In this document: positions 58,420 to 64,000 of the stretch, piece after piece
How the letters are laid out: each line of letters opens with the position of its first letter
How positions within the stretch are numbered: the stretch's first letter is position 1
Source: Bugula neritina
Lineage: Eukaryota; Animalia; Bryozoa
DNA: 64,000 nt
Assembly: GCA_964035545.1 (NCBI GenBank)
Contig: OZ037769.1
Span: 558,001-622,000, forward strand
Reading direction: 5' to 3'
Translations under genes and position numbers: made by a program
Notes under the pieces: generated by a model
Told to the model about the DNA's origin: nothing
Seen by the model: only the letters and a program-made list of their open reading frames with translations
Database searches by the model: none

Positions 58420-60797
58420 TATGAGAGAATGCATCTAACAATGTCAAGTTTAATCCAACTCTGATTGAAAGTAATAATAATCCTTACTAAGTTAAACTCC
58501 GCCCTACTCACTAGTCACTACGAATACGCAGTTATAACTGAAGTCTAGTAAACATTAGCATTATATTAACTAACTGTTTTATCACTGGGTCACAGTGTCA
58601 ACAGGGAAACACTTCAATGATCAGATAGTATATCCAGTGTACGCACTCCCTTCAGCTAACTCACAGCGAGTGTGTACACAGCCTTGAACTTCCTCTTTCT
58701 AATCACTACAGCTATCAACACAGTTAAATTGACCTCAAGCATTCCCCTCTCTTTGTTTAGTATTTGTCATAGCTTTATATTCTATAGAGTCTAAACAATT
58801 GATCCTTTATGATTTCATTCAATTAATAGGAATTATTGTTTTGCTTTTCTAATGCATTGTGAGTAGCAGGACTCTTGTTGAAATTTCTTATCTTATACTA
58901 AGTATACACTAAGTGCTAATGTGGCCTTGGACTATAAAACAAATGATAACAGCTAACTCAAATGAGAATGCAGTTCTGTTGAAAATTTCAAGCTTTTCAG
59001 AGGTTATCTTATGCAATATTATTGAGACTATAATTCTACAGTGCTACTACTGCTAGTACTTTTTCAGTCTAGCTATATCATCTTTTGAGATAAAACATTA
59101 AGATATGTTGCAGGTGCAGTAATAGAAATGAATTTATGCTAAGTTGTATCACTATTAATCTAAAATCTAATTGCACAAGCATGTCAGCGATGAGGTATTT
59201 ATTAGAGTACTTTCACTTGTCCCCAAATGTCACCTTTTGCCCTTCATTCAATTTAAACTGTTGATATTCTGGAAGTAATGAAATGGATACTGTAACACTG
59301 TGAGGTATGTATAATATATCCCAAGGTCTGTGAGAAAGTATTGAATGGGAAGCCAGCTTGCCATGCTTCATATGAAGGTTGATCTCTGACCTATAGGCAG
59401 AACATGCAAGTCATTGATGATGTCATATGAATGAGTTATTAAGCTATCAATATAGACACAGTACTCATGTTAGTTATCTGATAATTTAATTAATGATTTC
59501 ACATTAATATAAATATATTGTGAAATCAGATCTACATGTTTACCCAATAAGCACATGTACGCATGTACCATGCAAAGTGGAAACCCAGAAGTGACTCTTT
59601 TACAGCTGACCAATCTATCTCAGTGTAGCTAGATATATATTGACAGAGTATTATAATATACAGTAATTATAAATATACAGGGTGTATAGTCTATTTGTAA
59701 TACAGAACTATGTAATAAAGAGACAGCTAGTTTCAATAAAATGACTTTGATTGCACTAGGCTCAAGTATTTGCTTATCTGAATGCAGGTCAAGGTGTGAT
59801 GGACTTGCAGGGTTTATTGCTGCTTGACTAGAATATTTCAGCTTACTGTTTATGAGATATGACCAGTATGTAGGCACATAATATACCCTCTCTAGTATTA
59901 TATACAAACCTAGCTTGTAGGTTATCTTTAGATACAGTATATGTAGTATTATAGTGCAGAAGTTTCTTATCTAAACCAGTGTTAGTTTAAGCTATGAAAG
60001 GAGTGATTTGAATATTACACCAGTTATTAGCTATAGCCTATAATCAAGCTACCTCTATTCCATGGCCGGTAGAGACCTGCTACTACTATACTAATCATGT
60101 AGTATATCTCATGTGTTTGTCTAGTTTTGGTTATGCAGTGTATTCATAGTCCTACCATATTCTATATTGTCATTTCAGCTTATACAACTTCCTCATGATT
60201 CAAGTGTTACTTTGCTATGCATGGCTATTTATGTTTTTCACTTGTATTCGATGACTAATAAACAGCTATGTTTATTTCCTTCAACGTAATAAACAACCAA
60301 TAATAATGTTTGTTGGATATGTGCCAGCTGGCCAATGTTATCAATACTAAAATAAACTACAGTTGATGAATTATTCTAAAACTTGTTGAAGATGAACAAT
60401 CCACGTGGGATGTAATCCCTACAGATTTTTAGTCATTATCAAAATGCTGCTACCACTTTGTGAAGTCTAGCTGCTAGCAGTGATGTTAACATTGCTACAG
60501 TGGTAATAATAAGACCTGGTTTATCAATGATCGATTACTGTGTTGACCAACTAATCAGATGTGTACACTTTATTCAGTGCGGTGCTATTGCGTTTAAATA
60601 GGTTTGCTTGAAATATTACCTACGCACGTAATATTTTAAACAATACAATTATTCGCAACAGTAATACCTATAGTAGGGGATTTCGCAACATACCAGCAAA
60701 ATGAAAATACTCAGGTTATGCTGTTGCTATCTGAGAATATGAGAATCAGAATGTGTATAACTATACCAACTAGTAGATTTTATTTTTTTATGCCGTA

Positions 60798-63539
60798 ATG
60801 CCTAAACACGGTATTTTTCATCATAGGTTCAACCAGTGCCGAAAAATTGGTAATTTAATGTGTTTTATAATCTTTATGATACTGATAGGATGTCCTGTTT
60901 TAATTAGGTCTAGTGACTTCACTGTAACACTAACTGAGACGGACAGTGACACCCAACCTCACAGTCACACTTCTGGTAAAATTGATAGTTGTGGACACAG
61001 GAATCCTGCAGTTTCTCAGGTAAGCTGTTTACTGTTTCCGTTTCAGCCTGAGATAACAATTAAAGTTGTAAAACTAAATCAAAATGACTCACAATTTCAG
61101 TATCAGTAACTGACTAACTCTTCTTGATTTTCAGTTTTTTATTTAAAACCAAGTTAAGCTTAATGATAACCTGCCAGTGTAAATCTGTAGAAGTGACTGT
61201 AAGTGTAGCTTTGTGTAGTAATCAATAACAATGACAGGCTGAGTCACTGACTATCACTATCAACTATGGTAACTTATTAATTGCAATATGAATTTGAATA
61301 CTGCAAATGGGACTGCTGTTTATTATTGACTCTCAATAACAAAATGAGTTTTACTATTAACATGTGTTTGCAGTTGAGCACTACATTTTACACTGACTAT
61401 GAATCAGTAGGCTATACAATTATGAGTATCGGTATGAATATAATTATAGCATTAATGGATTACCATTAACACTCACTGTTTGTTTACATTATGTATTATA
61501 TCATATTTGCAGTTAAAACGTGTATGTTTTTAAAGATCAGCTACATTATTTCTTTAGATAAACCATGTATATGTGGAGTCGAAAGTGCGAGAGAGACGTC
61601 AAGTTGAGGAAACGCATCACAACCTACGAATTCACCTGACGTATGACTCCAGCATGCACCAACTACCTGCTGACCAGCAGTACCTGATTAAGGTTAGTGA
61701 GAGTTGAGTATATCGCACTCTAAACTCTAGGCTCATAGTATGTGAGGGAGTATTGAAGTTGAAGTCACAATACTATCTCAAGTAACTCCAAGTAACAGCT
61801 GCGGTTAGAGGAACTTGTTTATCGTGTCACATGACACTTATGACTCACCGTGTGATAGGCTGATAGTGCAAATCTCCGTATGGTGATGTCACACTCTTCC
61901 TGTGTCAGGCGAAGCTTCTACACAATCTATAATTTTTGCAATCGGGTTTTGCCAGATTTTTTTCATATTTAAAAACTGTTTTTCTTGTCTCCTCTAATTT
62001 TTGGCAACATTTAAACAATTTCAGTAGTTGAAGGAAGCAATTTCAGTAGCTAAAGGAAGCAATTTTTGGTAAAAAAACAAGTCAAGCTGTGGAGGTTCTC
62101 ATTTTGATCTAAAATATTTTATTCGTTTAGTTGCCTGTCATTTCACCAATACACATGTGATACACATACTGCAAGCATGCTGGTGCAATGCTACTTTCAC
62201 TTTATAAACACATAGCAGATCAGTTATTATTTTATATCACATTGACTGTACAGTTACACTTACACGGTTATACTTACATAGTTACACTTACACAGTTATA
62301 CTTACACAGTTACACTTACACGGTTACACTTACACAGTTACACTTACACGGTTACACTTACACAGTTACACTTACACAGTTACACTTACACAGTTACACT
62401 TACACGGTTACACTTACACAGTTACACTTACACGGTTACACTTACACAGTTACACTTACACAGTTACACTTACACAGTTACACTTACACGGTTACACTTA
62501 CACAGTCACACTTACACAGTCACACTTACACAGTTACACTTACACAGTTACACTTACACACTTACACAGCTACACTTACACAGTTCCACTTACACAGTTA
62601 CACTTACACAGTTACACTTACACGGTTACACTTACACAGTCACACTTACACAGTCACACTTACACAGTTACACTTACACAGTTACACTTACACACTTACA
62701 CAGCTACACTTACACAGTTCCACTTACACAGTTACACTTACACGGTTACACTTACACGGTTACACTTACACAGTTACACTTACACGGTTACACTTACACG
62801 GTTACACTTACACAGCTACACTTACACAGTTCCACTTACACAGCTACACTTACACAGTTCCACTTACACAGTTACACTTACACGGTTACACTTACACGGT
62901 TACACTTACACAGTTACACTTACACGGTTACACTTACACGGTTACACTTACACAGCTACACTTACACAGTTCCACTTACACAGCTACACTTACACAGTTC
63001 TACACTGCGTTTCCATGACTGCGCATAATGCGAATGAATGCTTCGTACGGATTATTTGTGGTTTGTGGTTTGCATTACCTTATAGTTGCGGTTTCATCCG
63101 ATGTAACTGTTTCCATTAGCCGAATGAAAAAATCCATTCGCATAATGTGATAATGGAAACGCAGTGCTAGCCAGAGTATATATTTACATTACAGAACTCT
63201 GTGATGGGTACAGCCATACAGTACTGGGAGAATGCCCTAAAGACAAGGAGATTATCCAAACCAATACTACTAGCTAGGTATCTTTATATCTTCTTTATAC
63301 TCTAGTGGTTATATATGTCATTGTAGGTCACCTGATATTTCTAGGTCACCTCGTGTAAGTCACACATATTTCTCTATGTAGTGTGTAGACAAGTATCTTT
63401 ATACCTTAGGTCGTGTGTAGATGGTGACGTATTCAGAACTGACACTGAAGACATCAGTGACCGGCAGACATATTGTATTGACGGCTGCAGTCCGGTTACC
63501 ATGTGTGGAGACAGTGTAGTCCCAGGACATCATCTGCAG
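60798..63539 (+). CDS. LMLN: Leishmanolysin-like peptidase / invadolysin (M8 metallopeptidase), first 4 exons; continues beyond the window
   Basis: Exons 60798-61019, 61558-61692, 63195-63277 and 63410-63539, phases compatible. Hydrophobic leader, propeptide CGH, LRIHLTYD, AIQYWENALK..PILLARSC, YCIDGCSPVTMCGDSVVPGHHLQ match the invadolysin N-terminal pattern. The HEXXH motif is not inside the window. Start codon uncertain (60798 or the downstream MCFIIF). Confidence 0.85.
62251..62999. repeat. 14-bp minisatellite (CAGTTACACTTACA), ~50 copies, in LMLN intron 2
   Basis: Read directly; the 14-aa periodic ORF equals three repeat units. Confidence 0.95.
63003..63166 (+). mobile_element. MITE copy 3 (164 bp, TSD CTA)
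   Basis: cta|CACTGCGTTTCCAT...ATGGAAACGCAGTG|cta, located at the end of the minisatellite. Confidence 0.9.
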
Positions 63540-64000
63540 GTTAGAATTAGTGTGTACTATTATATAGTTGGTATAGTTTATTCATCTTTATAATATAACC
63601 ACTCTCTAAAGTAGATGGAATATTGTCCCTCGGTTGTCATTCAAAATATTCAGTTTGTCATGGTTTATACAAACATGCACATACTAATATGTAGTTAGAT
63701 GTTTGGAATTCCAACAATACAATGACAAGACAACTCTTAACACTAAATAAATAAAGCATTTGACATGCATTATAAGTCTACTAGTTGCACACAATCAAAG
63801 TATCTTATTTCATAAACTGTGTTCTCTCAGTCAGTATTTACCCATCTCTACTTTCACTGAGGCTGTAGTCAACCAGTTCTGTTTATATTTTAGTATAATC
63901 TTTCTATTCACTTCCTCCTTCCCCATAGTGTATATATATATCATAGTTTAGACTGAGGGCTAGTGTCACTTTGCTTGAGGGTGGCGCTCTCTACGCCCAC

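Noticed and set aside
62188-63018. 276-aa ORF with TVTLTQLHLHSYTY repeats
   Set aside because: 14-bp minisatellite inside an LMLN intron.

Overview
AT-rich, intron-containing animal (invertebrate-type) genomic DNA; the taxon cannot be fixed from the sequence. Gene models were built by hand from splice sites and exon phases. Six co-oriented minus-strand genes are followed by a plus-strand gene that runs off the window end. (1) A RING/B-box/coiled-coil/beta-propeller (TRIM-NHL-like) gene at 529-9511. Its last intron holds a 5'-truncated Penelope-like retroelement (RT + GIY-YIG) with a 460-bp inverted pseudo-LTR, two copies of a minimal hammerhead ribozyme and (TA)n flanks. (2) A secreted heme peroxidase of the plant/fungal/bacterial peroxidase-catalase superfamily, with the distal Arg replaced by Gln (12018-14956). 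(3) A ~5-Ig-domain type I membrane protein resembling the L1/neuroglian/hemolin N-terminus (17309-24605). (4-6) Three tandem paralogues (A 27292-34795, B 36101-46364, C 47735-58419) of a receptor with signal peptide, 2 CUB-like domains, 4 CCP/Sushi domains, a TM helix and a tyrosine-rich tail. B and C carry a canonical ITAM exon that A lacks, and sequence variation is concentrated in the membrane-distal CUB domain. (7) The 5' part of a leishmanolysin-like (invadolysin/LMLN) metallopeptidase from 60798. Also present: a CACTG-ended 164-bp MITE (3 copies), several long perfect palindromes, and mini- and microsatellites. The best candidate for an undescribed system is the CUB-Sushi-ITAM receptor array, a putative immune or allorecognition paired-receptor family.
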